DNA of 64,000 nucleotides, from contig OX597834.1 of assembly GCA_951406725.2 (NCBI GenBank), positions 34,286,001-34,350,000 of the forward strand, in the 5' to 3' direction. This stretch comes from Octopus vulgaris. Its lineage: Eukaryota. The notes below the pieces were generated by a model. It saw only the letters and a list, made by a program, of their open reading frames with translations, made no database searches and was not told the DNA's origin. Made by a program: the position numbers and the translations under genes. Shown here piece after piece: positions 39,142 to 53,670 of this stretch. Every line of letters begins with the position of its first letter. Position 1 is the first letter of the stretch.

Positions 39142-41776
39142 CTGATAATATTCTTGAAATTGTATCTCACATCAAAGGTATATAGCTACTGATAAATTAT
39201 CATTAATGAAAATAGAGGCGAGTGAGAATGAAAGACTGTTGCAAATAAAAAGGTAAAATGTTGCCTGCAATGAATTAATAGTGTTAGTTATTAAACATTA
39301 AAACATACTCCACAGTGAATGCAATGAATATTTAAATTTATGAAGAATTGGATGCAGGGAATGCAATGAGTATTTAAATTTGTGAGAATTTGGAGTTAAA
39401 AAAATTCAATAAACTTCAGAAATTGAAATTATAGGAAATTTTTTTGAACATGAATTTATAAAAATATTTCCAGATGGTCAAGCTTTTAATATTGCTTTCT
39501 TTTAGTACTTTTAATAATTGCTGCATACCTAATTAATAAACAGCTTTCTCCATTATAGTATAGATTTGATGATCTACTTATCAACAATTGATGCATCATA
39601 TCAGACTTGGTGTGTTTATCCTGTCAGAAACATCAGTTAGATTGTCTTATTAAACTAAGAACTCTCTCCACCTTTTATAAGTTTTATTTAAAGTATCTCT
39701 TTACATGGCTTCAGACAACTCTCTCAAAGAGAGGAATAGGTAAGAAACAAAGTGGATTGTCTGAGAAGGAGGGAGTAAGAAAGAGAGTGTTTTGGACACT
39801 TGCTGCTTAAATTGCCAGCACGGATCAAATAGATTCATGGGAAAAAGGATATCTTTAATCACGTAGACCTATGATCCAGCTATGATAATCTTGTCTTTTA
39901 TTCGAATAGTGTTTCAACTACCAATGTGTCTCTCATTTTCAAGGTGACAGGATGGCATTTGAGGAAAATTTAGTGACTACATAAAGATACTATTGTTGGT
40001 TTGTGATAGCTAGTGTTTTATTTTGTTGGTATAATAGTTAATATTGATGATTGTAGTTGTTTAGGTCATGTCAAATTTGATAAAGCAGGCCTATGGTCAT
40101 TGCATCTTTATTTTAACATAGTGTATTTAGGATTACATTTTAAAATTTCCTTTTATTAAGATGCTAGTAACTGGAGGATATTTGGCTGATGTTTGTAACA
40201 GATCAATCTATGACACAGAAGTTCTCTCTTTAAGTTTATTCTTGCTAAATTGGTTTAATATCTTTCATCTTTTTTTTGTTATTCATCTTATTAAAGGCAC
40301 TCTAAGGCTTTTGTTATACTAATGCACAGACTTACATGTATTGTCTGTAATACTGATGAAAGTAGGTGTATTATGAGATGAATTAGTGGATACAGCTAAT
40401 TATATTAGTAATATGGAAGAACTAAACCATTATCTTTAGTTGAATTTGGCCAAATGCATCATCAGACATAAGAAGTGTGATGATGTTTATATCTATAGTT
40501 TTAATATCTATTTTCTTATACATAATTTATAAATGCATTAGCCTTTTGATTGCTTTGGATTTTTTTTCTCTCTTCTTTGTCTCCTCTCTCTCTCTTTGTG
40601 TGTCATAAGAAACATGATTCACAGCAAGACATCTGTATACTACTTATGCTTGTATTCACACAATTAGATGCACATGGATTATCTACCCATACACATATGT
40701 TCAATCATGTACACGCACACCACACACACACACACACACACACACATACATACAAGGAAGCATAAGGATATATCCACAACTTATTGAAGAATATTGATAA
40801 TAGCATCAAGTACAATAGTAAAATCAATGGTAACATCATTGTTCTTTGAGGAAAGTCTCAGAAGTAGGAATAGCAGCAGCAGCACCTGCAGCAGTAACAG
40901 TAAAGCAAAAAGTAAAATATCTTTTAGAAAAATTTAGGAATTGTTAACTGAATTAACAATGACTAGCTCTTTGAGTTGATTGGCTTTATTGGCACTGAAT
41001 TTGTTAGTGGTTGATATTGACACTAGTATGTGTCATTAATGTGAGAAATGAAAGAGAGAAATGGGAAGTGGGGTTACGAGGAGTGAATGGTGAGGATTAC
41101 GATGATGATTTCCTACCCTACACACATTTAATATTAACATAGGGTATATTCAGGTTCTTTAGTTTGTACATGGAGTTATAGAAGCAATAATCAATAGATT
41201 GACAAGTTTCAGAACTGTGTAGCTGTTTGTAACTCACAATAGAAAAATCCTTGTTGTCATTAATTTGGTTATCTACAGCTTAGTTTCACAGACACACTCT
41301 GATGTGAAACTGAACTTTGGTAATCAAAGCTTCTTTTTCTTTTCTTTTTAAAGATGTGCTAAAGTTATTAATAAAAATAAAGTTATAAAAAGAAAGGCAA
41401 CTTTTATTAATACCCTGACTTTTTCTTATAAAGATACTATAGTCAGAGAAGGAAGTGAAGTACCCATGATCATAGCAAGCCCTCTCAGACTTGATGAATC
41501 ATCATGAAAATCAGTAGGGCAATATCTGTTGCAAAAAAAAAAAAAGACATGCGAATTCAAGGGAGTTATGATTTAGAAAATGTTTAATGCAGAGTTTCAG
41601 GGATGAGACAATAAAAATGATAGGAGAGATGCAGCTAATTTGTTCAGGGAAGTAGAGATGGTCTTTATGAAGTGCAGTGGATATGAAATTAAATGCTAAA
41701 CCACTCACTCCATAGTTGGATGATTAAATCTTATTATGTTCTTTGTGTTGTGTACCTGAATGAAACTCATAATACT

Positions 41777-41997
41777 TATGAGGATATGCTGAAAAGTTTC
41801 TGGCCTTGGGTAAAAGATACTACAGGAGGATCAGTTAATTATGATTTTATTCAACATATTCCCCTCTCAGATTCACACACTTATTGCAGCAGTCCTTCAG
41901 TTTTTCTAAGCCCTATAAAAGAACTTGGAAGGTTGGGTCTCCAACTAGGCCTTTCACAATACCCTTAAAGCCAGGAAATTTTCAGCACTCCATAGTA
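41777..41997. mobile_element. Mariner-type MITE with TA target-site duplications
   Basis: TIRs TGCTGAAAAGTTTCTGGC / GCCAGGAAATTTTCAGCA, TA at both ends. Confidence 0.7.
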
Positions 41998-42339
41998 GTT
42001 GACGCAATGCACTCAGAAGCATTCAGTTACAGCATCTACTTCATTGTAAATAAGAGACAACTGAGTGAATGGAGATATTGGACTACTTGTTCATAATTAA
42101 TGTATTTATATCTGTTACAGTCATATCGTTTCTGGCCTCATACCACCATGGAAAACAAGCATTAAAGGATGATGAATATTTGTAACATCCCAGAATTGTA
42201 GTTATCTCTGTTTAAAAAGGCAGTAACTCTTAAATGGCATAAGATTTCTTTCTGAAACTTATACCATAATAACTAGAAGTTACATAGATATATGTGTATT
42301 ATCACTTTGCACTTTAATGGACTCATCATATGTTGCTTT

Positions 42340-42950
42340 AACTCAATGCTGCCATTGGCCCTGATGTTCCTTCCAATGGTACTTTCATACCCTTAAGCAA
42401 TGTATTCCAGTCTCTATACTCAACAAACTCTTCAATCTCTCATTTGTACACAAGGATATATCCTGATCTTTGGAAACATGCTACAGTATGTCTCCAAGAA
42501 GGGTCGCCCTTTTGCCCTGCCAGTTATTGTCCTTTTATACTCACTGGCAATATCGCAAGTCATGATAACAGCCATGAACAATGCTGTTCTCGAACACATT
42601 GAATTTCTCTGTCTCCATCTTTTTAATGTTTCCAATACAGTTCCTGTGAAGTCAGATCTATTGAAGACCCAATCTCCTGTGCCACAGTGGGCTCCCTTCC
42701 TTAAAAATTTGGTGATAGCAATGTTGTTACTCTTGACATCAACAACACTTTCAACTGTTTTGTATGCAAATCTCCTCCCAAAACTGCCTGCTTACAGGTT
42801 CCATCTCTCTCATATCTCTTGGACCAGTAATCAGATCACATTATTATGGCCTATACTAACAGAGACCTTTTTTTGTTCCCCAATCTATCAATTGTGCTGA
42901 ACCCCAGGATTCAGTTTTGCCAATTAACAAAGTCATTAGAGTATTTCATA
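42340..42950 (-). mobile_element. Highly degenerate LINE (CR1/L2-like) RT fragment
   Basis: Minus-strand peptides AITKFLRKG and VPLEGTSGP resemble RT motifs such as VPQGSVLGP. Confidence 0.4.
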
Positions 42951-43631
42951 AAATGTGTTAAAATATTTTTTCTGGCTCTCTGTGGTGTGAGTCCTAATCC
43001 TGCTGAGGGAGACCTGAATTTAATTTTACAAAGTAACTGCTTTAACCGTTTAGCATTCAGATTATTCTATCAAATATAATGTTTGTCTATTCACATTGTT
43101 TTCAACTAATCATGCATTATCTTGTAGCTTTGAGATTTTGGTGTTGAGATTATTTATTTTTAGAATGACATTGTAGAGTAGGTGTGAGAGGCCAGATCTA
43201 ACCAGCTTGAACATAAAACAGGTAGAATATTTGGGTCAGATATGATTGGTTAGGGTTAAGCAATGAAATGTATTACCCTGTAGCACCTACTTACAGCTAA
43301 ATGAATTCAGAAGTTGAGTGCTAAATATTTTGTACATGAGTTGTGACAAAATGAAATTACAACTCTTGATGTGTTGTCCAGAACCTTATTGATGCAGACT
43401 ATATCAATCTTTAATATTGGTATCAATATATTTGATATCACTAATACATTTTTTTTAGAAAAAATATGTTCTAAAAATATTTGAAACTTTTTTGGAAAAA
43501 AAATTATTTGTAGACAACATGAATACTACATATCTAAATTATGAATGGAGAAATGGATCTTGAAAAGAAAAATAATCACAAAGAAAAATCCAACATTGAA
43601 CGCTTTTATGGAAAAAGAAAAGATTTCTTAC

Positions 43632-43769
43632 ATATATTGGTTCATTTGGTGGAATATTTTGAAGTTGCCATTTTATTTCAGATATATCAGCGATATTGTT
43701 CTTTATTGATATTTCAGCCTTGTTTACTTCTTTCTCTAGAACTGCTGCTTGGTTTCTGGAGAGATTAAC
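43632..43769 (-). CDS. CNTRL: Centriolin exon 9
   Basis: VNLSRNQAAVLEKEV...NEPIY; poly-T/tag acceptor, gtaag donor. Confidence 0.85.
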
Positions 43770-43934
43770 CTAAAAAAAAAAAATATTTAAATATGTATTG
43801 AAGAATTACATGAAGTATTAAATATTTTTGCTGTTCTGAACAACATCAGAAGAAATACCAGACAGTTTTTTAAAAAGAATGATAAATTATATTAGAATAT
43901 TTGATATTGCTTAAAACTAAAAATATGGTCTTAC

Positions 43935-44101
43935 AGATTTCATTTTATCTGCCAGGTTCTGTTGAATTGTTGTTTTTATTTTATTATTTGGAGAATGTGG
44001 TCGGACTAGGTCTGTCATTTTTTGCAGTTCTTGCTGTGCATTTTCAACTTTGGACTCTGTATCAAAAAGTTCTTCATGCAGTTGTTTAAGAGAATCACTA
44101 G
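43935..44101 (-). CDS. CNTRL: Centriolin exon 8
   Basis: ASDSLKQLHEELFDTE...DKMKS; phase 1-0. Confidence 0.87.
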
Positions 44102-44297
44102 CTGTAGAAAAATGAAAAATGACAAATGATTAAACAAATACACAAAATCATTCTAGTTTTAGAATGAACAATTCTAAATCTTGGAATATTTCACAAAGCC
44201 TTTTTACGTTATCTGTTAAACATGTACAAAGGTTTGATCAATTAGTTTGATGTAAACTCAAAAATTAACAGGTTCTGAGTTCTTATTTAAAACTTAC

Positions 44298-44559
44298 CAG
44301 AATTTATCAGTTTCTGCTTCTCAATCAACAGATCATCCATTTCTGTTTTCTGGTGCTGTTGTTGTTGCAGTTGTTGTTGCAGGTGCTGTTGCTCTTCCTG
44401 CAGCAATAAGATGTTTTTGGCAATATTCTTCTCATCTGAAGATAATTGTTTTTCTTCTTTCTGTCCAGATGACTTTCGAGAGTTTTTAGACTGTTGAGGT
44501 GTAAACAGGGCCTTCCCAATGTAAGGGCTCTCTAGTAAAGGTTCGTTGTCATCAGTGTC
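44298..44559 (-). CDS. CNTRL: Centriolin exon 7
   Basis: DTDDNEPLLESPYIGKA...KLINS; gtaag donor, phase 0-1. Confidence 0.87.
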
Positions 44560-45960
44560 CTTTTAGGAAGATGAAAGGTGAACATTTTTTTTTAATTTAG
44601 AAAACAAAGTTGTGTTTTTGACATTTTTACATCAATTTTCTCATCTCTGTCTGTTAGCATGCATTGGAGTGGGGTATTCAAATTCACACACATTATTGTT
44701 CTTCTGACCAAACCATAAAAATAAACCGATAATGAAATATATTTTTCTTGAGAGCACAACATAATGTTGATTGCAGGATTTTTTTTTTTTATAATTTCCA
44801 AACTCCATTAGGAATTACTAGGGCACCAATTTTGGCATATCTGATAAAAATACTACAATATTACAATATTGATTTCCAACATTTGCACAAAGCTGCAAAT
44901 TTCGAGTGACGATATATACTTCTTTATCACCCACAAGGGGCTAAACATAGAGGGGACAAACAAGGACAGACAAAGGGATTTAGTTGATTACATCGACCCC
45001 AGTGCAAAACTGGTACTTTATTTATCAACCCCGAAAGGATGAAAGGCAAAGTCGATCTCAGCGGAATTTGAACTCAGAATGTAACGACAGACGAAATACC
45101 GCCAAGCATTTCGACCGGCGCGCTAATGTGTCTTCCAGCTCACCGCCTTTAATTGTCACTCGCCGTGAGTGACAATATAGTTGATTAAATCATCTCCCCA
45201 ATGCTTGACTAGTACATTGTGTTATTGATCTTAGAAGAATGAAAGATAAAGTTGGCCTCAGCAGGATTTATACTCAGAATGTAAAGTACTGTAACTAAAT
45301 ACTAGATGACAATTTCTGCCAATCCAAGTCCCTAATACTATTAATTTTTTTCTTCAGCCATGGAGGAATTTGACTTCAGTTTAAATGTTAAGAAAACCGT
45401 CATAAGTTAAAAAGTATTATAATTCCCTTTTCCTAGTGAACCATATCTATTTTTGGTATCAATTTGTGGAAAGAAATGATACAGTCAATTAGTTATTAGA
45501 ATGTCTTGTCATAAATTGGGTTCAAATCTACTGTTTTCTCAGCCTCAGTTTAAAGAGTAAGATCAAAAGAACTTGATGAAAGGAAGTGGCTTCATATTCT
45601 TTGGCAGCTGTATCCCTCATAAAACTGCAACTGAGCAGGTGTGTGTGGGTGTGAAACTATATTGACTGGACTGTTAAATGGCTTTGTAAGACAATATTAG
45701 TGACAGGCTACGAAATATTGACACTTTGGCTTTTAATATTTTGGCTAGTTGTGCCTCTTGGCTACACTATGACTATCGTATTGTCATCTGTTGACTATCA
45801 CCTTAATTTATTTGCTATCTTTCTCTCTCGCTGGGAATGGTTGTCTCCCTTGCATTAACAGCCTTTATCAAAAGGTAACCACAAGTAAATTAACATTCTG
45901 ATAAAAACAAAATTTAAGAAAATAAAGAAACTGATCAACAAACACTTGAAAAGCACTCAC

Positions 45961-46092
45961 GAGAGTTTGGTCTGGCTGTGGTTCTTCTCCAAGACTGGCA
46001 AACTTGGCATCGATTTTGTAGAAAGCTAATTCTTGTTCTAACTGGTAGTGCTTCTCACAAGCTCGATGCAACTCCTTGGTCTTTTTCTTAAG
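45961..46092 (-). CDS. CNTRL: Centriolin exon 6
   Basis: LKKKTKELHRACEKHYQLEQELAFYKIDAKF; gtgagt donor. Confidence 0.93.
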
Positions 46093-46976
46093 CTGAAGTC
46101 AAGATTAATCAGTATCATCATTAAGTTGACTGTCTAACCTAATTAATGCTATCTCTCATTATTACAGTGTTGTTTCTTTTTTATCTCTTTTCTTTATATT
46201 GTGTCCCTAGTCCCTCCCCAATATTGGAGTTGTTGGGTACAACCAGGATAAGCTTATCTTGCACAGTTGTTGATGAAGCAGAGCTATGGTCAAAGGCATT
46301 CCAACCATGAGCATCCTGTTTTTTTTTTTTTGTAAACTTATGGTTACATTGTTCAATATGTTCTTTATTTTTAAAGACAGTAGGGTATGGTATGAGTGAT
46401 ATCTGGTTATTTCAAGCAGACTGAGTGACCACAAAGAAACTTTCTCATGTTAAAAGGGTAGAGGAGAAATCTCAGGTTAATAGATAACTGTAGGGTAATA
46501 AGGAAGTTGATATGTTACTTCCTTAGAATTCTACAACAGAAGAGCTGAAATTGTTGTAGTATGGGAGAGAAGATTGCATATTATAACTTCTTGTTGAATT
46601 TTAAAATAATTTGTAACATTTTTTTTATTTGTTTATTCTTATTTAAACACAGACAAATCCTCTATTAGCTACATAAAAGAGTAGATTATGTTGAGGAGAG
46701 TCCCAGAGTTTGTTGCTTATGGGATACAAGTTCTTGCATGTGATCTGCTCTGTCATGAATGTATTGTATTAACACACTCATATACAAAAGTTTTGATGGA
46801 GCTGTAAATAACTCTTACTTCACTCTTTTAATTATATTTAATCATTGTACATATGTGGATATATGTTAAAAAAAAACATATATTATATTTGAAATTAAGT
46901 ATCTCTTTGTTGGTCCTAAAAGTATCAAAATAAACAAGATAGATTTATAAAGATTTATGTTCTTATATGAACTTAC

Positions 46977-47170
46977 CAATTCATTCTTAATTTTTAATTC
47001 TTCTTCTACATTTTTGTTTACTTCCAATGTTTCTTCTGTTTTCTTTCTTTCATTCTGAAAATTAACTTCCAAACGTTTCAGTTCTCCAATAGACTTGCTG
47101 TGTTCCTCTTCCAGTTTTTGGTATTTTCCATCTTGTTGTTCAATGGTTTTCTCTAGTTTAATAATTTCCT
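46977..47170 (-). CDS. CNTRL: Centriolin exon 5, coiled coil
   Basis: EEIIKLEK...KNEL; phase 1-0. Confidence 0.9.
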
Positions 47171-47771
47171 CTAGAAATAAAAAAAACAACTTTTTACTTT
47201 AATATATTTCTTTTAAGAATGAAGATAATGATCTTTGGCACCATGACTTTATCCTTGAGTGCCTTTAGTGGAGTTTACTCCAATTCAAGCATTCAGACCA
47301 GATACTTAGTTCCCTCTCCACTCATATTTTTCTTGCAGACATTGATCTGAAGTTGTTCAAGCTGGTCATCGGCCACATTAGCCTCCCTATTCTGAGGGTA
47401 TGGCCTGCAGAGATCATGGCAGTTATTCATCTTTCTCTGACTATCATCATCATCATTTAACATCTGTTTTCCATGCTGGCATGGGTTGGACAGTCTGACA
47501 GGAGCTGACAAGCTGAAGAGCTGCACCAGAATCCAATTGCTTTTTGGGGGCAAGGTTTCTACAGCTGGATGCCCTTCATAATGCCAACCACTTCACAGAG
47601 TGTAGAAAATAAAAAAGACATAGTAGCAAGTAAGCTCTTTAAATGAATAGGGTAACATAATCATAGCTTACCAATTTTCATTCAGTCAGGAGTAGGAGGA
47701 GATGGTGGGGAAGGAGGAGGAAGAATGAAATCTTTAAATAATTATCAAATAAAAATAAAGCAACTGCTCAC

Positions 47772-47958
47772 CCATGGAGAATCTCTCCTTAGCTTTTTGT
47801 CTATCCTGGGCATTGATTGGTTGGCCATCAAGGATATCCAAAGTACGAATGTGGAAGATGACATATAGACGAGAGTGAGGTAATTCAGCCAAAGGGTTGT
47901 CTGCAATACTTAATTGAGCCAAATCAGGTAATGGTTTTAGTCTAGAGAGTTCATTGAG
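47772..47958 (-). CDS. CNTRL: Centriolin exon 4, LRR/LRRcap
   Basis: LNELSRLKPLPDL...ERFSM; cag acceptor, gtgag donor. Confidence 0.93.
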
Positions 47959-48743
47959 CTGTGAAGAAACAACAAACAAGGTGCATAAGTGTTCAGGAAT
48001 GTGTGTGTGTGTGTATGTGCATGTGCACACGCACCTAAGTATGTGTTTGTGAAGACCAACAAAGACAAGAAATGAAATTAGGTTAGATCTGAGAATTCTA
48101 AGCCGCACAGATGAGATGCTAAAGGATTGTGTTGTGTGGATGATAACTGCATAGTTGACATGTACAACCTGTTAGAATAGAAATGGTTGATAAAACAGTA
48201 ACTATGAGGATTTATTATATTTCAGAATATTACTGATATCGTAACTCACTCATTGGATATAATATCTTATTGCTTTCAAAAGTAAAAGTAAGAAATAAAA
48301 GATGTCAAACATACCATCAAGCATATAGTCTAGAACTTCACCATCTACACAAATTTGCATACCTTAATTAGAGCAAAGGAAAGAGGGAGAGAGAGAGAGA
48401 GAGAGAGGCAGACAGACAGACAGACAGACAGGCACACTGATAGAGAAAATATTAGGAAATTTCCAGTATTGCAGGAATAATTATTCTGATAGCAAGCATA
48501 GTTTATGAGTAAACAATGTAATATTACAATAGTATGAAATGTGGAAACATGAGAACAAGGTAAAAATAATACTAATTCCATAACATGTTGGAATAATACA
48601 GATGTAACATTGTCCTGAAAATTTAATCTCTGTCATTTTTATGACATGGCTAACTTTAACTTTACTTTAAACAAAATTTTAATTTTTTCACTGCCTCAAT
48701 GTTAGTCAAGCAATTTTGATATCAAAATACACAGAATACTTAC

Positions 48744-49016
48744 AGAGCTGAGATTGTTCTTTGCAATCTTGAAAACTCGCAGTGTTTTTAGCTTTTTGCC
48801 TAGTGATTGTGGGATGTGTTCAATCTGATTACCAGTTAAGTTGAGGACCTGCAGTCGGCAGAGAGAGTCTAATCCTTCTATCTTTTGGATGAAATTAAAC
48901 GAAAGGTTGATCTCCAACAAATGGCTCAGCTTGTCCAGTTTTTCTATTTTTTCAATGAGATTTCCACTGAGATTCATGGTTTGAAGATTTTTTAGGGAAT
49001 CTAAGTTTTCAATGTA
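48744..49016 (-). CDS. CNTRL: Centriolin exon 3, leucine-rich repeats
   Basis: SDS22-type LRRs (LNLSGNLIEKIEKL); 273 nt, phase 0-0. Confidence 0.95.
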
Positions 49017-49296
49017 CTGTGGATCAGACAAGTAAACAAAAATTGTAGCAAGTTTTGAAGCAGTTAAATTTTTGAAATGGTTAATTGGGTTGACACAAGT
49101 ATATTATTACCCTTATTTTACATTGTCCTTGTATAATGTCAGGAATCAAGATTTTAAAAAAAATTCTTGAAATAAAATAATTTTTCACATTTCTAAGTTA
49201 GCCTATGCCATTTCTCTTTCAAATAATCAAGGCTTTCATCATGAAAAAGGTAGTCAGTAGCAATGAATATGGCTTCTAATAGAAGGATCCTGAAGG

Positions 49297-49590
49297 TTGG
49301 TTTACTTGGATTTCATTGTTGATATAGCGTTGTTGACAGAATTCAGAGGCAATCTGCAAGGCCTGACTCATTATCTGAGTGAGGTTATGAAGACACCTGA
49401 ACTAAGAATTAATTTTAAAAAGATGAAAGCCATGGAGAGAGCTCAAACAACTGCACACACTGACTCAGTGGCTGATGACCAGGCTACCAAAGGCATAAGC
49501 CGATTTGCGTATCTTAGCATTTTTCTATACACTGATGAAGATGTTAAAATTCATGCCAAATGTAGAATGGGAAAGGAACATCAGTATTTC
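49297..49590 (+). mobile_element. LINE (RTE-like) RT fragment, motifs 5-7
   Basis: LDFIVDIALL (degenerate LDFADDIALL)...LRINFKKMKAM...FAYL. Confidence 0.6.
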
Positions 49591-49705
49591 AGTGAATGTG
49601 TGAAATCTGTTCTATAAACACACTGAACATCAATATCAATGGTAATGACAATGATGATGAGGATGAAGATGAGGATAAAGCTGATGATGGTGAATTCATA
49701 CTTAC

Positions 49706-49830
49706 TTTAATTTTTTTACCACTGTCTTTGGACAACGTGAGGTTGAGTGTTGTGATTAATGTTAGGTTGTCCTGTTTGCTGACTTTTTTGATGAGCTCTT
49801 CTGTTAAGTAGCGAACTCCAACAGTGGACC
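49706..49830 (-). CDS. CNTRL: Centriolin exon 2 (GSTVGVRYLTEELIKK...GKKIK)
   Basis: tttacag acceptor, gtaagt donor, conserved VRYLTEELIKK motif. Confidence 0.92.
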
Positions 49831-52800
49831 CTGTAAATAAGTGGCAGTTATACATGATTTAACTATTTATGACAGACTATCTAAAGCAGCAACAACAGGT
49901 GGTCACTAATGTAACAAGGACAGGTTACTAGAGCAACAACAATTTGTCTATTGTCTTATAAAAGCATTTCCCATGTCACAGAAGCATTGTATTATAGAAA
50001 ATCATGCTGTAAATTAGAGTTCTGCAATGTGAAATGCATTTATCTTTTCATTGACTTTCGTGTAACATGAAAATCAATGGAAAACTAGGCTTCACATTAT
50101 GGAACTAGTTAGAGCAGGAGTTTCTGGAATGTAATGGTCCCATAGCATGAAGTACACTTGTACATATTTCTACAACAACAAGAGTGAAACTTATGGTTAC
50201 AAGAAGGGAATAAGGGTAATGGTTGCAAGAAGAGGAAGAAGACAGTAAGAGTAATGGCTTCAAGAAGAATAGGGTAAAAAATAGCTACAAGAAGAGGCTA
50301 TGGATGATGAATAAAATAGCAATTCCTTTATTGTTTTATATTTGTTTATATAATGTGTAAAACAGTTGTGCGAATCATTTTATCAAGTCAATGCTTGATA
50401 GACTGAAGCCTATTACAACAGAATTGATAAAAGTCTATGAAATTACTTCAAAAAAAGCAACAGTTTGGATGTTAAATAGTTTGAAACATCTGGTCATGTG
50501 ACTATCTTACTTTTTTTTTGTTTTAAAATTTAAAAAAATAATATTGTTTATGTTCCGAAACTCAAAATATTTCTTACTGCTCTTTCAGAAAGAAACCAAA
50601 ATAGGCTTTCTTCCAGTAGAATAGTTGGACATTGACAGGTTAAGCAATGGTGTTTACATAGACATATTTTAAAATACTCTAATCGAAATAATAAAATCAG
50701 AGATGCAAGTAGATTGTTGAAATGCAAGGATAAAGGTTATCATGTGAGGCATTTTTCATATTCATGTAGTTATTTGCAGTATTTGTTCTGGCTCTTTGTC
50801 TTCTGAGTTCAAATCCTGCTGAAGTTATCTTCACCTGCCACTCCTCTGGGATCAAAATAAATGAAGTATCAGTCTTCAGTGTTGAGGCCAATAGTATTAA
50901 GTAATCCAGTCCCCTCAAAAATCAATGGCCTAGTGCTACAGTTAGAAATAATTATAAGGATGGTGGATTAGCTGGATTGTTAGAGCACTAGACAAAATGA
51001 TTTGCAGTTTTTAGTTATGACACATTACACTTTGAGTTCAAATTCCAGTGAGGTCAACATTACAATCAAGTAGAGAGGTTGATGGTGTTGTTTAACTCCT
51101 CACCTCAAAATTGCTGGCCTTGTACGTAAGTTAGACAACACTATTATTACAGGGTGTATAATCCACAGAATCATTAGAATGTTTGACAAAATACCTACAG
51201 TATATTTTCTGGTTCTTTATATTCTGCATTCAAAGTTACCTTCAGCGTGAACAAAATGAAGTACTAGTCAAGTACTGGACTCAAAGTAATGAACTAACCC
51301 ACTTCTAAAAAAATGATCTTGTGCTTAAATTAGAAACAATCATCATCATCATCACTGCCACCACCACTGCTAAGCATTTTGTCCATCTTTAAGTTCTGAG
51401 TTCAAATTCCATCAAGGTCGATTTTGCCTTTCATCTTTCGGGGTTGATAAAATAAGTAACATCCAAGTACTGGAGTTGATGTAATTGACTTCCCCCTCTC
51501 TTCAAAAACTGCTTACTCTGTGCCGATATTATTATTATCGTTATAGTAGTCATGATTTGAGTAAGACTTCAAGTGTTTCCTTTCATAGAACAAAATATAG
51601 ATACATATTGGAGAACATGCAGAGATATATTTATAGTTAACAAGGATGTCCATGGATAATAGAAATATTTAAGTTTAACAAAAATATTCAAGTTTAAACA
51701 AGAATGTTCAACAGAGGACATGCAAAGAAGTACTAAGTAAGGATTAATAGGGTCATTCAAGATTAATGAATGTTGAGCATGCACATATATATTTAATCTT
51801 AACAAAAGTATTTAAGTTAAGGCAATGCTGTGTGAAAATGCTCCAATAATGTTTATAGATCCTGATATTACTATTTACCATAATATGCCTGTGTTTATCT
51901 TCATAAGTAATTAGTCAATATCCTCACAGAAATGTTTATGTATCAAATCATTTATGCTAATCACAAATGGAATGATAAACACATACTTTAACTGCCATAA
52001 TATTTTCAACTATTTAGTAAGTGTAGTTTCTGAGCTTTCAATTCACTTGTGTGCAATATAATAGAGACTTGGTATTGCTATCTCATTGATTAATAAGTTC
52101 TTGTCATTTTGTCATGGAGAATGATGTCAGGCTTAGTATGTGTTGTCTGGTGGTCTGTCTATATGCTAACGTTCTGTAGAATTTTCACACTAACATTTTC
52201 TAAGATAGGTGCATATGAGCACTTAAAAGTTTTTTCTTGAGCAGTTGGAATTTGGTGGTGAGACTTATTATCTATAAATTACATTATTCATCAGAGCACT
52301 GGACGAAATGTCTTGCTATATTTTGTTACATTCCTTTGCATTTTGAATTTAAATCTTACTGGAGTTGACTTTGCTTTTCATTCTTCTAGGGTCAATAAAA
52401 TAAGTTCTTGTCAAATATTGGGATTGACAGAATCAACTGTACCTCTCCTTCAAAATGTATGATCATGTGCTTAAGTTATCAATTATTACTGCCTTTCTTC
52501 CTTTTAGAGTCAATGAAATAAATACCAGTCAAGTACTGGGGCTGATGTAATCAACTAGCCACCTCATCCCAAAATTTCAGGCCCTCTGCCTAGAGTAGAA
52601 AAGATTATTAACAGTGTTACATCACCATGTGTCTTGGAATTGTCCTGTGTCAAATTCTTGACTTTAATGTCTGTCAATTTGGCTGAATAAGTGTTTATTT
52701 TTACATTGATAAAATATAAAGAAAATATTATAAATAAAAGTGTCAACTATTTAAACTGTCTGATGTATTTTACATAAGAGTCAAGCCAAAATTTAGTTAA

Positions 52801-52941
52801 TATAGGTCTATTAAACTGTGAATGGAGAAATTAGTAAGAGAGCATAAACACTTCATAAGTTCAGAGACCTTAAGAGAAATATACAATTTCAGCTTCACAT
52901 CAGACAAATTAAAGAAGGGATTATTAAGGGATAAGTGTTAC

Positions 52942-53146
52942 CTTGGCTTAGGGCTGGAGACAGGGTTCTACTGGAGGAAAAGTCCATACTACCAGAGACA
53001 CTTAGCTGGACTCGTCGAGGAATATCTTCAACTGAGCGAGTAATATTTGAAACTGGAGATTTTCTTGGTATCTTGACTGCTGTTGGATCCATATTGGAAC
53101 TTTTGGCGATTGGTAATTGAGAAGTTGATCCTTTTGATTTCTTCAT
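52942..53146 (-). CDS. CNTRL: Centriolin coding exon 1 (MKKSKGSTSQLP...PALSQ); 5'UTR part extends to acceptor at 53178
   Basis: Acceptor ttttctcttcag, ATG at 53146, donor AAG|gtaaca, phase 1 matches next exon. Confidence 0.8.
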
Positions 53147-53670
53147 CTTCCTTCTTTTCTAGTGTTTCACCCGAAAAACTGAAGAGAAAATGTATTATTA
53201 TTATTACTATTACTATTGAGGCAGTGAAGGTGGCTAGCTGGCCGAATCATTAGCATGCTGGGCATGCATGTTCTGAGTTCAAATTCCACCACAGTCGTCT
53301 TTGCCTCTCATTCTTCTGAAGTCAATAAAATAAGCACCAATCAAGCCCTGGGGTCAATGTAACTGACTTACCCACTTCCCAAACTTGCTGGCCTTGTGCC
53401 AATCTTTTGAATTAAAATCTTCCACCAAACCTTAGTCACAAATTATTTTCCTAACACTAGCTGAATGATAACTTAGTTATTTTACTAAATTCTTTGTTAT
53501 ATTTAATGTAATTGAAAGAAACACAGAGCATCTCAAAATAAATATGGTAACGAAAGGGTTAAAGTCCCATTGAGGTTGACTTCACTTTTCATCCTTTCAG
53601 GGTTGATAAAATATGTAGCAATCAAGTGTTGGGGTTGATTGAAACCATTATTATTATTATTATTATTATT

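Noticed and set aside
42400-42900. 166-aa plus-strand ORF
   Set aside because: No recognisable domain; it lies antisense to a probable decayed LINE RT.
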